Source of the DNA: the human T2T-CHM13v2.0 reference genome, Homo sapiens | Length of the DNA stretch: 64,000 bases | Assembly: GCF_009914755.1 (NCBI RefSeq) | Contig: NC_060947.1 | Direction: 5' to 3' (one strand) | Part shown: piece after piece, positions 29,908-42,330 of the stretch | Layout of the letters: the number at the start of each line of letters is the position of its first letter | Numbering within the stretch: position 1 is the first letter of the stretch | Notes under the pieces: model-generated | Told to the model about the DNA's origin: nothing | The model's input: only the letters and a program-made list of their open reading frames with translations | Databases searched by the model: none | Program-made: the position numbers and the translations under genes

Positions 29908-32900
29908 AAGCAAGCAACTGCATTTCCTGTTGTCGCCTAAGCATTACTACAGGATTAGCCACATTCGTCTACAAAGAGATTTTCATACAAACGAAGTAAT
30001 ATGTAAATAGACAAAAATGAAACACATACTGGCAGAAAGCACTGTTACTCTCCAGACAACCATTGTTTACATATTAGAATTTTGAAACCTAGCACTCCCA
30101 CTCCCAAAGGACTTACTAAAATGAGCATTTGTATGTCCCATATTAAAAGTACTTCTAAACTATTTCAAAGGATGTTTTTGGCAATCAGAATGAAATTATT
30201 TCACGTTTAGCTCAAATCAAGAGAAATTCTCACCAATTGATACTTTTAAGGAAAGTATCAAATCATGACTGGTTAAAACAAACCAAAAAGAAAAGTGAAA
30301 CAAGGCATAAAATCTCTGAAAAAAAATCTGACAAATAAATAAAAAAGTATCCTCTTCCAAAAGAGAAATGCCAGATTAGACGTAAAAAGAAGATATAAGT
30401 AGTCTTCTTTATTATATGACTATTATAGCCACAAAACTTAAAAAGCCATTCTACTTTTCATCAAATTATGTTAACTCTTATTTCAAATGTGAGGAAAATG
30501 TGTCTCAAAAAAACAGGGAAAAAAAAAAAAAAACAATTCCAGGACATATCAGAACTTGAAGGTAAGCAGGTTGAAGAAGGGAAATTAAGTTCTCCAGATC
30601 TTGGCATGCTGACTGATAAGTCAGGCTCAGAATCTTCTTTAGATACTGTGGAAAATCCTTCAAATCCTATTGCAATACTTGAAGTTCTTCTAGTTTCAAC
30701 TAAAGTATTACTAACTTTCTTTTTCATCCCAGTGAAACTGTATAATCTTTTGTAGGTGGAATATTGGTGGACTTGTCCCCAAGTTAAATTATGATTTAAA
30801 GAGACACTTAGAAAAAGAGGAAAAGCCTACTAAAACTGAGCAGGCTATCAGCAAAGACAAAAATGCAGAGAAGAACAACCGTTTATCTCTTCAGGGAGAA
30901 ATTATTATTGCAATTATATTGATAACAGAACCTGGGTGTTAGTTCAGGTATTAAGAAAAACAACTGACCTGAAGTTCTGTATTACTGGGGTTGAAGAACT
31001 GAATTTTCATCATCTAGAATATATTGAAGGAAATGAGTGTCTGTTAAAGAAAGAATTATTCCATATTTATTCTGGCTGAGATAAATTAAAGGTGAAACAC
31101 TTTAGGCTGCACTTAGATAATTTTCGGCTTTAATTGCCTACGTGCATCCAGTGAAAGGGAGAGGAATCCCAATTTTCATAATTGAAGATGGAGGAACAAG
31201 TTATGTGGTTGCTCTGCAGATACTATGCAAATTAGTTGAACTAACTCAGAAACCAGTTGATCAGCCCTTTGATTACATTTGTGGTGTGAGCACAGGTGCC
31301 ATATTAGCTTTCATGTCGGGATTTTTTCATATGTCCTTGGATGAATGCGAGAAACTATAAAACATTAGGTTCAGACGTATTTTCACAAAATTTCATTGTT
31401 GGAAAAGTTAAAATGAGTTGGAGCCATGCATTTTATAGAAGTCAAAGGTGGGAAAAAATTCTGAAAAATAGAATGGGATTTACGCTATTGATGGCAACAG
31501 CAAGAAACCCCACATGCCTTAAGGTAACTGCCATAAGTACCATAGTAAACAGAGGGATAACACCAAAATAATTTGATGTTTTAGAAACTATGGTGCTTTA
31601 GAAACTATAATTTGTTGTTTCTAAACATAGAAACTATGACCATTTTGCTGGAATCAACTGTCATTTCAGAGGTTCTCAGTATAAAATGTGGCAGGCCATT
31701 AGAGCCTCATCTGCTGCTCCAGGCTACTTTGCAGAATACACATTGGGAAATGATCTTCATCAAGGCGGAGGTTTGCTTCTGAATAACTATTTGGCATTAG
31801 CAATGCATGAGTATAAATGTCATTGGCCGGATATCCCATTAGAGTGCACAGTATGCCTGGGCACTGGACATTCGGAGAGTGACATGAAAAACACTGTGAT
31901 ACACACAAGCTTGAAAACCAAACTTTCTAATGTTATCAACAGTGCTACAGATATAGAAGCAGTCTGTATAATGCTTGATGTTCTGTTACCTCCTGACACC
32001 TATTTTATATTCAATCCTGAAATGTGTGAAAACAACCCTAGATGAAAGTCAAAATGAAAAGCTGGATCAGCTGAAGTTAGAAGGGTTGAAATACATAGAA
32101 AAAAATGAAAAAATTTAAAAAGTTGCAAAAATATTAAGTCTAGAAAATATAACTCTGAACAGAATTAATGATGAGATATAATTGAAAACAAACATGTATG
32201 AAGGCCTGCTATTCTTTTTAAAGTTGCAATGAGTATATGCTTATGTTCTGATAAATGAAGTCCTGCTCAGAAGATTCACCAAAGTCAATAGGAAATGTGG
32301 GGTTCAACATCAGTTACATTTGAAATAATTATGAATTCTAGAGAATCCTGAAGAAGACTGTGCTTCCACCAGTTTGCACAGCATAGATAATATGCTTGGT
32401 TGCATAATTCATATGAGAATTAGGTTTTTAAGATGTTAATAACTAAGTAAGTTTTAGGAGTCTCATTGTGATCATGGTATCACGGTATTAGTAGATGCTG
32501 GTGTTATTTTGTTTGATTTTGGGAAATGTATTAATATATGTGTCAAACAAGGAACTGAAAACTATTACACTTTGTATTTTTGCTTTTGTCATCATAATCA
32601 TGTTGAATTTATGTAATCATTGATTTTATTTCATGTGGAATAGCTAATTGCTTCTTAAAATTATGTTATTTAATGTTTTCATTAGCTACACTCTACAATC
32701 CACATAACACCTTTTATTTTAAAATTACGTAAATATATGCAGAAAGTAGAATTTTTTATTAAAATACTTTTATGCTTGAAATATGAGAACCAAGTACAGT
32801 TTTCTATTCAAAATTTTCTTATTTTAATACTGTTTGGCTAACAAAGATAGATAAAGTTTCATTCAAACACTTTTCTCCTTAAAATTTCAAGATAACGTAC

Positions 32901-33015
32901 ATTAACTTTTCTATGTCTAACCCTAGCTTATCCTTCCCTGTTATAAAGTTGATTGCTTAAACTTACTGAGAAAATATTCCCATCATTAACAAAAATAAAT
33001 TATTGAAATAAAAAA
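29908..33015 (+). pseudogene. PNPLA8: Processed pseudogene of PNPLA8 (calcium-independent phospholipase A2 gamma), 5'-truncated, with many stops and frameshifts
   Basis: Intronless; peptides PVKGRGI..GGT..VVALQ, FDYICGVSTGAILAFM, WQAIRASSAAPGYFAEY..LHQGGGLLLNN; coding end ~32232, AT-rich 3'UTR, AATAAA ~32995 and A-rich end. The symbol denotes the parent gene. Confidence 0.92.
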
Positions 33016-33790
33016 GGATAGAGGTTCAACATATTTAGTCATTATGGAAGTGCAAATCAAAGTCATATGCCACTTCACACCAACCACATTTGTCAAAATA
33101 AAAAAAAAAAACAGGAAATAGGAATTGTTGATAAGAATGTGGAGGTATTGGAACCCCTGTACATTGCTGGTGAGAATGTAAAATGGTGGTGCTACCACAG
33201 AAAACACATTGGCTCTTTGTTAAAATGTAAACATAAAATTTCCTTACAAGTCAGTATGAGTACTTCTTAATTGTATACCTGAGATAACTGAAAACATATG
33301 TTTTTTAAAATAACTTTTGTCCAGATGTTCATAGCATCATTTTTTACTGTAGTTGAAAAATGGAAACAAACTAAATGTCCATCACCTACTAAATAAAATG
33401 TGGCATAGCCATACAATGGAATATTGTAAATCTGTGAAAATGAATGAACAAATTACATAAGGGATTAACCTCAAAAACATTATACTAAGTGAAAGAAGCC
33501 AGATACAAAAGGCCAATATTGTATGATTCTATTTTTGTGAAGTGCCCAGAATAGGCAATTTTATATGGAAAGAAAGCAGAGTAGTGGTTTCCAGGGGCTG
33601 AGTGAGGGAAAATGGGGAATAACCACTTAATGTGTACAAAGTTTCTTTTTAGGATGATGAAAATGTTCTAGAATCAGTGGTAATGGTAATAAAACATTGG
33701 GAATATACTAAAAGCCACTGAATTGTACCCTTTAAGATGGTTAAAATGGTTAATTTTATGTTATGTAAACATTATTTCTCTAATAAAGTA
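33016..33790 (+). mobile_element. Old L1M (L1MB/ME-like) 3' end
   Basis: ORF2 C-terminal remnant and 3'UTR CTAAGTGAAAGAAGCCAGATACAAAAGGCC...ATGGTTAATTTTATGTTATG. Confidence 0.8.
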
Positions 33791-34208
33791 GATTTTCAGC
33801 AACAAAGGGCCCATTAGAATGGAAGCATACTCTGAAGGGTTATTAGTTATCAACTCCTAACATGCAAAATATTTTTAGGTAGCATTTTTATATAGAAGAA
33901 ATTATATTAAGGCATATTAAGCATTGAGTGTCATTATTATTGATGTATAATGGATTCCCATCCAACATTATGGTGTGATTTTAAAAGAAGAGCCAGGAAA
34001 TCAAAAGTATTTTCTCTGGGGCTTAATCTTTGATCAGATCATTGAAAAACTTATGGCTTCCAGATTTGTGGGGGACAGATACTTTTACTCATTATCCAAT
34101 GCTCTAAGGCCACCCAGAGAGACTGGATTATCTACATTGACTATTCACATTTCCTTAGATATATTTATTTGAATGATGGCTTCTACAAAGTAGAGAAGTC
34201 TGTCATTA

Positions 34209-35075
34209 TGAGAGATAAAGCCAGCTGGGCTTCTGGGTTGGGTGGGGTCTTGGAGAACTTTTCTGTCTAGCTAAAGGATTGTAAGTGCACCCATCAGCAC
34301 TCTGTAAAAACACACCAATCAGCACTCTGTGTCTAGCTAAAGGATTGTAAACACATCAATCAGCACTCTTTAAAAACGCACCAATCAGTGCTCTGTGTCT
34401 AGCTAACGGATTGTAAACACACCAATTAGCACTCTGTAAAAACGCACCAATCAGCACTCTGTGTCTAGCTAAAGGATTGTAAACACACCAGTCAGCACTC
34501 TGTAAAATGGACCAATCAGCATTCTGTAAAATGGACCAATCAGCACTCTGTAAAATGGACTAATCAGCACTTGTAAAATTAACCAATCAGCAGGACATGG
34601 GTGGGGCCAAATAAGGGAATAAAAGCTGGCCACCCGAGCCAGCAGTGGTAACTCATTTGTGTCCCCTTCCATGCTGTGGAAGCTTTGTCCTTTCGCTCTT
34701 CACAATAAATCTTGCTGCTGCTCACTCTTTGGGTCCTCACCACCTTTAAGAGCTGTAACACTCACTGTGAAGGTCTGCAGCTTCACTCCTGAAGTCAGTG
34801 AGACCACAAACCCACCGGGAGGAAAAAACAACTCTGGACGCGCCACCTTTAAGAGCTGTAACACACACTGCGAATGTCTGCAGCTTTACTCCTGAAGTCA
34901 GCAAGACCACGAACCCACTGGAAGGAAGAAGCTCCAGACACATCTGAACATCTGAAGGAACAAACTCCGGACACACCATCTTTAAGAACTGTAACACTCA
35001 CTGCTAGAGTCTGCGGCTTCATTCTTGAAGTCAGCGAGACCAAGAACTCACCGGAAGGAACCAATTCCGGACATA
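34209..35075 (+). mobile_element. LTR12-family (ERV9) 5' LTR
   Basis: TGAGAGATAAAGCCAGCTGGGCTTCTGGG..., tandem CTAGCTAAAGGATTGTAAA/CACCAATCAGCACTCTG repeats, U5 repeats (TTAAGAGCTGTAACACTCAC..CCTGAAGTCAG), end TTCCGGACATA. Confidence 0.93.
34260..34625 (+). promoter_or_regulatory. LTR12 U3 tandem CCAAT (NF-Y) enhancer/promoter with AATAAA-type TATA element
   Basis: Intact CCAAT at 34315, 34381, 34421, 34447, 34512, 34536 and 34583; GGGTGGGG box; GGGAATAAAAG ~34615-34625. Confidence 0.75.
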
Positions 35076-35078
35076 TTT

Positions 35079-35096
35079 TGACATCCCAGATGGGAC
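35079..35096 (+). other. Primer binding site, tRNA-Arg type
   Basis: TGACATCCCAGATGGGAC vs expected TGGCGACCCAGATGGGAC (3 mismatches), directly after the LTR. Confidence 0.75.
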
Positions 35097-35959
35097 TATC
35101 ACCTATTGCCAAGCGGTGAGTTCCATCGGACCCCTTTTGCTTGCTATTCTGTCCTATTTTTCTTTAGAATTCGGGTGCTAAATACCGGGCACCTGTCGGC
35201 CAGTTAAAAGCAACTAGTGTGGCCACCGGACTAAAGACATGGGTGTCAGGCTTTCTGGGGAAGGGCTCTCTAACAACCCCCAACTCTTCAGAGTTGGGAG
35301 TGTTGGTTTGCCTGGAACCAGCTTACGCTTTTCCTGTACTTCTGGGCTGAGCTGAGGGTCAACAGAGAGGAAAGCCATTCAGCTCCAGGATCCGAACAAG
35401 TTGGTTGACCCTGTGGCCATGAGCGGAGCTCTCAAAGCCATGTCACCAAAGTGAGACTCACCCATCTATCCTATCTATCGTGACCCTTGCCTCCTGGGTC
35501 CTAATGCCTTTCAGACAAACTTCCTCTCACCTCTTCTCCAAGGCTAGTCCCACTTCTAAAAACCACTCCCTGTCTCTGGTGCTTTTCTAGTTTCTCCTAT
35601 AAGAATGATTTCTAGTATAAACCTCAGGACTCTGTTCCCTTCTTTTGGCACCTGGGCTCACCAATCAGAAAGACATAATTTTTGCCCAAAGCCCCACTGG
35701 GGCGGGGGGACTATCTGGAATTTTAGGATCCCTCCTCAGACTAGCAGGCTTAACAAAAGCTATTCCTGAAGCTAGGATATGGGAAGCCTCAGAAATGATA
35801 TCCTTCCTATTCAAGTGAGGACAAAAGGCATCACTCTTCCAACTCTGGAGATCCCTCCCCTCCCTTAGGGTATGGCCCTCCACTTCATTTTTGGGGCATA
35901 ACATCTTTATAGGACATGGGTAAAGTCCCAATACTAACAGGAGAATGCTTAGGATTCTA

Positions 35960-36280
35960 ACAGGTTTTTGAGAATGCATCAGTAAGGGCCACTAAATCCG
36001 ATTTTTCTCAGTCCTCTTTGTGGTCTACAATGACAGGCAAGGTTGCAGGTTTTCGAGAATGCGTCAGTAAGGGCCACTAAATCCGACCTTCCTCAGTCCT
36101 CCTTGTGGTCTAGGAGGGAAACTAGTGCTTCTGCTGCTGCGTTGGTGAGTGCAACTATTCCAATCTGCAGGGTCCAGGGACCATTGCGGGTTCTTGGGCA
36201 AGAGGTGTTTCTGCTGCTGCTTCGGTGAGCGCATCTATTCTGATCAGCAGGGTCCAGGGACCATTGTGGGTTCTTGGGCG
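35960..36280. repeat. ERV9 leader tandem duplications (two pairs of ~70-90 bp)
   Basis: CAGGTTTT.GAGAATGC.TCAGTAAGGGCCACTAAATCCG x2; TCTGCTGCTGC..GGTGAG..CAGGGTCCAGGGACCATTG.GGGTTCTTGGGC x2. Confidence 0.85.
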
Positions 36281-36325
36281 GGGGGAAGCAAACAAACCAA
36301 AACCGTGGGTGGTTTTGTCTTTCAG

Positions 36326-37776
36326 ATGGGAAACACTGAGGCACCAACAGGCTCACCCTTGAAATGCATCTTAAGCCATTGGGACCAATTTGACCTGCAA
36401 ACCCTGAAAAAGAGGCAGTTCATTTTTTTCTGCACTATGGCTTGGCCCCAATATTCTCTCTCTGATGGGGAAAAATGGCCACCTGAGAGAAGTATAAATT
36501 ACAATACTATCCTGCAGCTTGACTTTTTCTGTAAGAGGGAAGGCAAATACCTTATGTCCAAGCTTTCTTTTCATTGAAGGAGAATACACAACTATGCAAA
36601 GCTCGCAATTTACATCCCACAGGAGGACCTCTCAGCTTACCTCCATATCCTAGCCTTCCTACAGCTCCCCTTCCTATTAATGATAAGCCTCCTCTAATCT
36701 CCCCTGCCCAGAAGGAAACAAGCAAAGAAATCTCCAAAGGACCACAAAAACCCCTGGGCTATCGGTTATGTCCCCTTCAAGCAGTAGGGGGAGGGGAATT
36801 TGGCCTAACCCGGGTACATGTCCCCTTCTCCCTCTATGATTTAAAGCAGATCAAGGCAGACTTGGGGAAGTTTTCAGATGATCCTGATAGGTACATAGAT
36901 GTCCTACAGGGTCTAGGGCAAACTTTCTATCTCACTTGGAGAGATGTCATGCTATTGTTAGATCAAACCCTGGCCTTTAATGAAAAGAACGCAGCTTTAG
37001 CTGCAGCCCGAGAGTTTGGAGATATCTGGTATCATAGTTAAGTAAAGGATAGAATGACAGCCAAAGAAAGGGACAAATTCCCTACCGGTCAGCAAGCCAT
37101 CCCCAGTATGGATCCCCACTGGGACCTCGACTCAGATCATGGGGACTGGAGTCGTAAGCATATGTTGACCTGTGTTATAGAAGGACTAAGGAGAATTAGG
37201 AAAAAGTCCATGAATTATTCAATGATGTCCAACATATCTCAGGGAAAGGAAGAAAATCCTTCTGCCTTCTTCGAGTGGCTATGGGAGGCCTTAAGGAAAT
37301 ATACTCCCCTGTCACCTGACTCCCTCAAGGGTCAATTGATCCTAAAAGATAAGTTTATTATCCAATCAGCCACGGATATCAGGAGAAAGCTCCAAAAGTG
37401 AGCCCTGGGCCCTGAACAAAATATGGAGGCATTATTAAACCTGGCACCCTCGGTGTTCTATAATAGGGACCAAGGGGAACAGTCCAAAAAGGAAAAGCAA
37501 GATCAGAGAAAGACCGTAGCCTTAGTCATGGCCCTCAGACAAATAAACCTTGGTGGTTCAGAGAGGACAGAAAATGGAGCAGGTCAATCAGCCGGTAGGG
37601 CTTGTTATCAGTGTGGTTTGCAAGGACACTTTAAAAAAGATTGTCTAACGGGAAATAAGCTGCCCACTTGCCCATGTCCACTATGCTGAGACAATCACTG
37701 GAAGGTGCACTGCCCCGGAGGATAAAGATTCTCTAGTCCAGAAGCCCCCAACCAGATGATCCAACAACAGGACTGA
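36326..37776 (+). pseudogene. gag: ERV9 gag (defective)
   Basis: MGNTEAPTGSPLKCIL; CA (VHVPFSLYDLKQIK, MHR-like QGKEENPSAF); zinc knuckle CYQCGLQGHFKKDC; several stops and a frameshift. Confidence 0.9.
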
Positions 37777-40700
37777 GGGTGCCCGGAACAAGTGCCAGCT
37801 CATGTCATCACCCTTACTGAGCCCCGGGTATGTTTAACCAATGACGGCCAGGAAATTGACTTCCTTCTGGACACCAGCACGGCTTTCTCAGTGTTAATCT
37901 CCTGTCCCAGACAGCTGTCCTCAAGGTCCGTTACCATCCAAGGAATCCTGGGACAGCCTGTAACCAAGTATTTCTCCCACCTCCTCAGCTGTAATTGGAG
38001 ACTTTGCTCTTTTCACATGCCTTTCTTGTTATGCCTAGAAGTCCCACACCCTTATTAGGGAGGGATATATTAGCCAAAGCTGGAGCTATTATCTACATGA
38101 ATATGGGGAACAAGTTACCCATTTGTTGTCCTCTACTTGAGGAGGGAATCAACCCTGAAGTCTGGGCATTGGAAGGACAATTTGGAAGGGCAAAAAATGC
38201 CCACCCAGTCCAAATCAGGCTAAAAGACCCCACCCACTTTTCCTTATCAAAGGCAATAACCCTTAAGACCTGAAGCTCATAAAGGATTACAGGATATTGT
38301 TAAACATTTAAAAGCTCAAGGCTTAGAAAGGAAATGCAGCAGTCCCTGCAACACCCCAATTCTAGGAGTACAAAAACTGAATGGTCAATAGCGACTAGTG
38401 CAAGATCTTAGACTCACCAATGAGGCAGTAAATCCTCTATATCCAGTTGTACCCAACCCCTATATCATGCCCTCTCAAATACCAGAGGAAGCAGAATGGT
38501 TCACTGTTCTGGACTTCAAGGATGCCTTCTTCTGTATTACCCTGCACTCTGACTCCCAGTTTCTCTTTGCCTTTGAGGATCCCACAGACCACATGTCCCA
38601 ACTTACTTGGATGGTCTTGCCCCAAGGGTTTAGGGATAGCCCTCAACTGTTTGGTCAGGCACTGGCCCAAGATCTAGGCCACTTCTCAAGTCCAGGCACT
38701 CTTGTCCTTCAATATGTGGATGATTTACTTTTGGCTACCAGTTTGGAAGCCTCATGCCAGCAGGCTACTCTAGATCTCTTGAACTTTCTAGCTAATCAAG
38801 GGTACAAGGTGTCTAGGTCGAAGGCCCAGCTTTGCCTACAGCAGGTCAAATATCTAGGCCTAATCTTAGCCAGAGGTACCAGGGCCCTCAGCAAAGAATG
38901 TATACAGCCTATACTGGCTTATCCTCTCCCTAAGGCATTAAAACAGTTGTGGGGGTTCCTTGGAATCACTGACTTTTGACGACTATGGATCTCCAGATGC
39001 AGTGAGATGGCCAGACCACTCTATACTCTAATCAAGGAGACCCAGAGGGCAAATACTCATCTAGTAGAAAGGGAACCAGGGGCAGAAACAGCCTTCAAAA
39101 CCTTAAAGCATGCCCTAGTACAAGCTCCAGCTTTAAGCCTTCCCACAGGACAAAATTTGTCTTTATACATCACAGAGAGAGCAGGAATAGCTCTTGGGGT
39201 ACTTACTCAGACTCGTGGGACAACCCCACAACCAGTGGCATACCTAAGTAAGGAAATTGATGTAGTAGCAAAAGACTGGCCTCACTGTTTAAGGGTAGTT
39301 GTGGCAGTGGCTGTTTTAGTGTCAGAGGCTATCAAAATAATACAAGGAAAGTATCTCACTGTCTGGACTACTCATGATGTAAATGGCATACTAGATGCCA
39401 AAGGAAGTTTATGGCTATCAGACAACTGCCTACTTAGATACCAAGCACTACTCCTTGAGGGACCAGTGCTTCAAATATGTATGTGTGTGACCCTCAACCC
39501 TGCCACTTTTCTCCCAGAGGATGGGGAACTAATCGAGCATGACTGCCAACAAATTATAGTCCAGACTTATGCCGTGTAAGATGATGTCTTAGAAGTCCCC
39601 TTAGCTAATCCTGACCTTAACCTATATACCGATGGAAGTTCATTTGTGGAGAATGGGATACAAAGGGCAGGTTATGCTATAGTTAGTGATGTAACTGTAC
39701 TTGAAAGTAAGCCTCTTCCCCCAGGGACCAGTGCCCAGTTAGCAGAACTACTGGCACTTACCCTAGCCTTAGAACTGGGAAATGGAAAAAGAATAAATGT
39801 GTATACAGATAGCAAGTATGCTTATCTAATCCTGCATGATCATGCTGCAATATGGAAAGAAAGGGCGTTCTTAACCTCTGGGGGAACCCCCATTAAATAC
39901 CACAAGGAAATTATGGAGTTATTGCACACAGTGCAAAAACCCAAGGAAGTGGCAGTCTTACACTGCCAAAGCCATCAACAAGGTGAATGAGAAAAAGCAG
40001 AAGGAAACCGTCAGGCAGATGCTGAGGTCAAAATTTCTGCCAGGCGGAACCTCCCATTAGAAGTACCTATGGAAGGACCCTTGGTATGGAACAACTCCCT
40101 CCAAGAGATTAAGCCCCAGTATTCCCCAACTGAAACAGAATGGGGACTTTCACAGGGGCATAGTTTTCTCCCCTTGGGGTGGTTAACGACAGAAGAAGGA
40201 AAGGTACTTATACCCGAAGCCAGCCAGTGGAAAATACTTAAAACTCTCCACCAAACCTTCCATATGGGTATGGAAAACACTCATCAAATGGCCAAATCCC
40301 TATTTACAGGGCCAAATCTCTTCCGGACCATCTGACAGGTAGTCAAAGCCTGTCAGGTGTGCCAAAGGAATAATCCCTTAGTCCATCATAAGGCCCCTTT
40401 GGGGGAACAAAGAATAGGTCACTATCCCAGAGAGGACTGGCAGTTAGACTTCACCCATATGCCTAAGTCAAAAGGATTTCAATACTTGTTGGTCTGTGTT
40501 GATACCTTCACAAATTGGATGCAAGCTTTCCCCTGCAAGACATAGAAGGTTCAGGAAGTGATTAAAGTCCTAATTCATAAAATAATTCCTAGATTTGGGC
40601 TTCCCCAAAGCTTACAGAGTGACAATGGTCCGGCTCTTAAAGCCACAATAACTCAGGGAATTTCCAGGGTGCTAGGGATACAATTATCACCTTCACTGTT

Positions 40701-41347
40701 CCTGGAGGCCACAATCCTCAGGGAAGGTTGAGAAGGCAAATGAAACACTCAAGAGGCACTTAAGGAAACTAACACAAGAAACTCATCTCCCACGGCCTAC
40801 TCTTTTGCCTGTGGCCTTGTTGAGAATCCGAAATTCTCCTCACAAAATGGGGCTCATTTTGATGCTGTATGGACGACCTTTTTTCACAAATGACCTCCTA
40901 CTTGATCAGGAAACGACCAACTTATTCAAAGATATAACTTCTTTGGCAAAATATCAACAAAACCTTAAAAACCTACCTGAAGGATGTCACAGAGAAAAGG
41001 AAACAGAGTTGTTTCAACCAGGAGATCTAGCGTAGGTCAAATCTCTCCCTTCTACCTCCCTATCTATGGACTCTTTGTGGGAAGGACCATACTCGATAAT
41101 CCTCTCTACCCAGACTGCAGTTAAGGTGGCAGGAGTGGAATCTTAGATTCACCACACCCAAGTTAAATTTTGGACACCCGCTGAGGAACCTGCAGGACCG
41201 CCAGCTCAGGAGTCACAAGATCAGCCAGACCAGCCTCGATACACCTGCAAACTGTTGGAGGACTTGCATCTCCTACTTTGAAAGGAAACATCCCAGACTA
41301 AAAAGGCTCCTACTGCTGATCCTGAGGAAAAACCCTTTCCTCCTTAA
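37777..41347 (+). pseudogene. pol: ERV9 pro-pol (protease, RT, RNase H, integrase; defective)
   Basis: FLLDTSTAFSVL (DTG mutated), LPQGFRDSP, YVDD at 38713-38724, TDGS/AQLAEL/YTDSKY, HQTFH..C..C, WQLDFTHMP. Confidence 0.92.
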
Positions 41348-41405
41348 AAAAGATAAGTGAAAACCTACACAATCTTTATATTTAACACCTCTCCTTGCCC
41401 CTTTA

Positions 41406-42330
41406 ATGGAATCCTTTTACTATTTCATCATATTATTAAGCAGCATACTAACCATACTCTTTGTGATAGGGCTATATACTGTAGCTCCTGCTGGGATGAA
41501 AATCCTAATCACATCAACCTTCTTTCTATCTTCCTTCCTTCTGACAGCAATTTACTCCTACCTTTAACTTAATCCACTCTCTGTTAAGCCAGTCCAATCA
41601 TTCCCTGGCAAATGACTGTTGGCTTTGTATCTATCAACTCTGCTTATGTTGCCACTCTCATTACTACAAAAAACTGGGTCTTTACCAACTTAACCTACCA
41701 CCCTCATTATGAAGGAAAAGACCGTTTCCAACTTCTAAATATGCAATAATTAGCCAACTTCCCCATCTCTAATAGGACCAAGAATACCCTAACAGGACAT
41801 GCAATCCAACTTTTACATTCTTACATTTCCAACCTCACCTATTACATAAGCAATGAAAAGCCCATACACGGCCCTGTAACTATGAATACTATCTTAACTT
41901 TCCAAGCCCCTTTATGCATCCAACGCAAACTGTTATCAGGCCTGCCCCTGGGGCACCTGCTACCCCATCAGTGTAATTACACCCTACAACTTCAAGCCCC
42001 AACTGATCATAGTAACTTCCAAGTCACCCAAACAGCTCCATTCAGACTGCTTGTCTGCTTCTCAGGGTCCCCCAAAATCATCACCTCCTTCCTACTTAAC
42101 AAACATTCCAGGTTTTGTAATGGCAAACATACTCCCTGCATGACCATTCACCCCTGGACTCCCTGCAGTAGCGACCCCATCACTGATGAATGCCTTCTCA
42201 TCCCCTCTTTCAATCACTCTCTCGAATGGTTCCTAGTAGATACAAAACGGTTTTTTCTCCAATGAGAAAATAGAACACAGGGAGCCACTCTGTTTGCTCC
42301 CAACACCCCTTTCCAGCCACTCACCAGAGC
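41406..42330 (+). pseudogene. env: ERV9 env SU fragment (defective, truncated)
   Basis: Hydrophobic leader, CWLC motif at 41617-41628; no TM domain before the L1 junction. Confidence 0.75.

Larger units (their letters stand above)
35076..42330 (+). mobile_element. HERV9 internal region (leader-gag-pro-pol-partial env), 3'-truncated, no 3' LTR
   Basis: Ordered gammaretrovirus-like gene remnants after LTR12 and the PBS. Confidence 0.93.

Noticed and set aside
31142-32045. Patatin ORFs as a functional phospholipase gene
   Set aside because: Intronless, fragmented by stops and frameshifts, catalytic Asp motif lost: a processed pseudogene.
34260-35060. Regularly spaced repeats resembling a CRISPR-like array
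   Set aside because: No unique spacers and no cas genes; these are the known LTR12 U3 and U5 tandem repeats.
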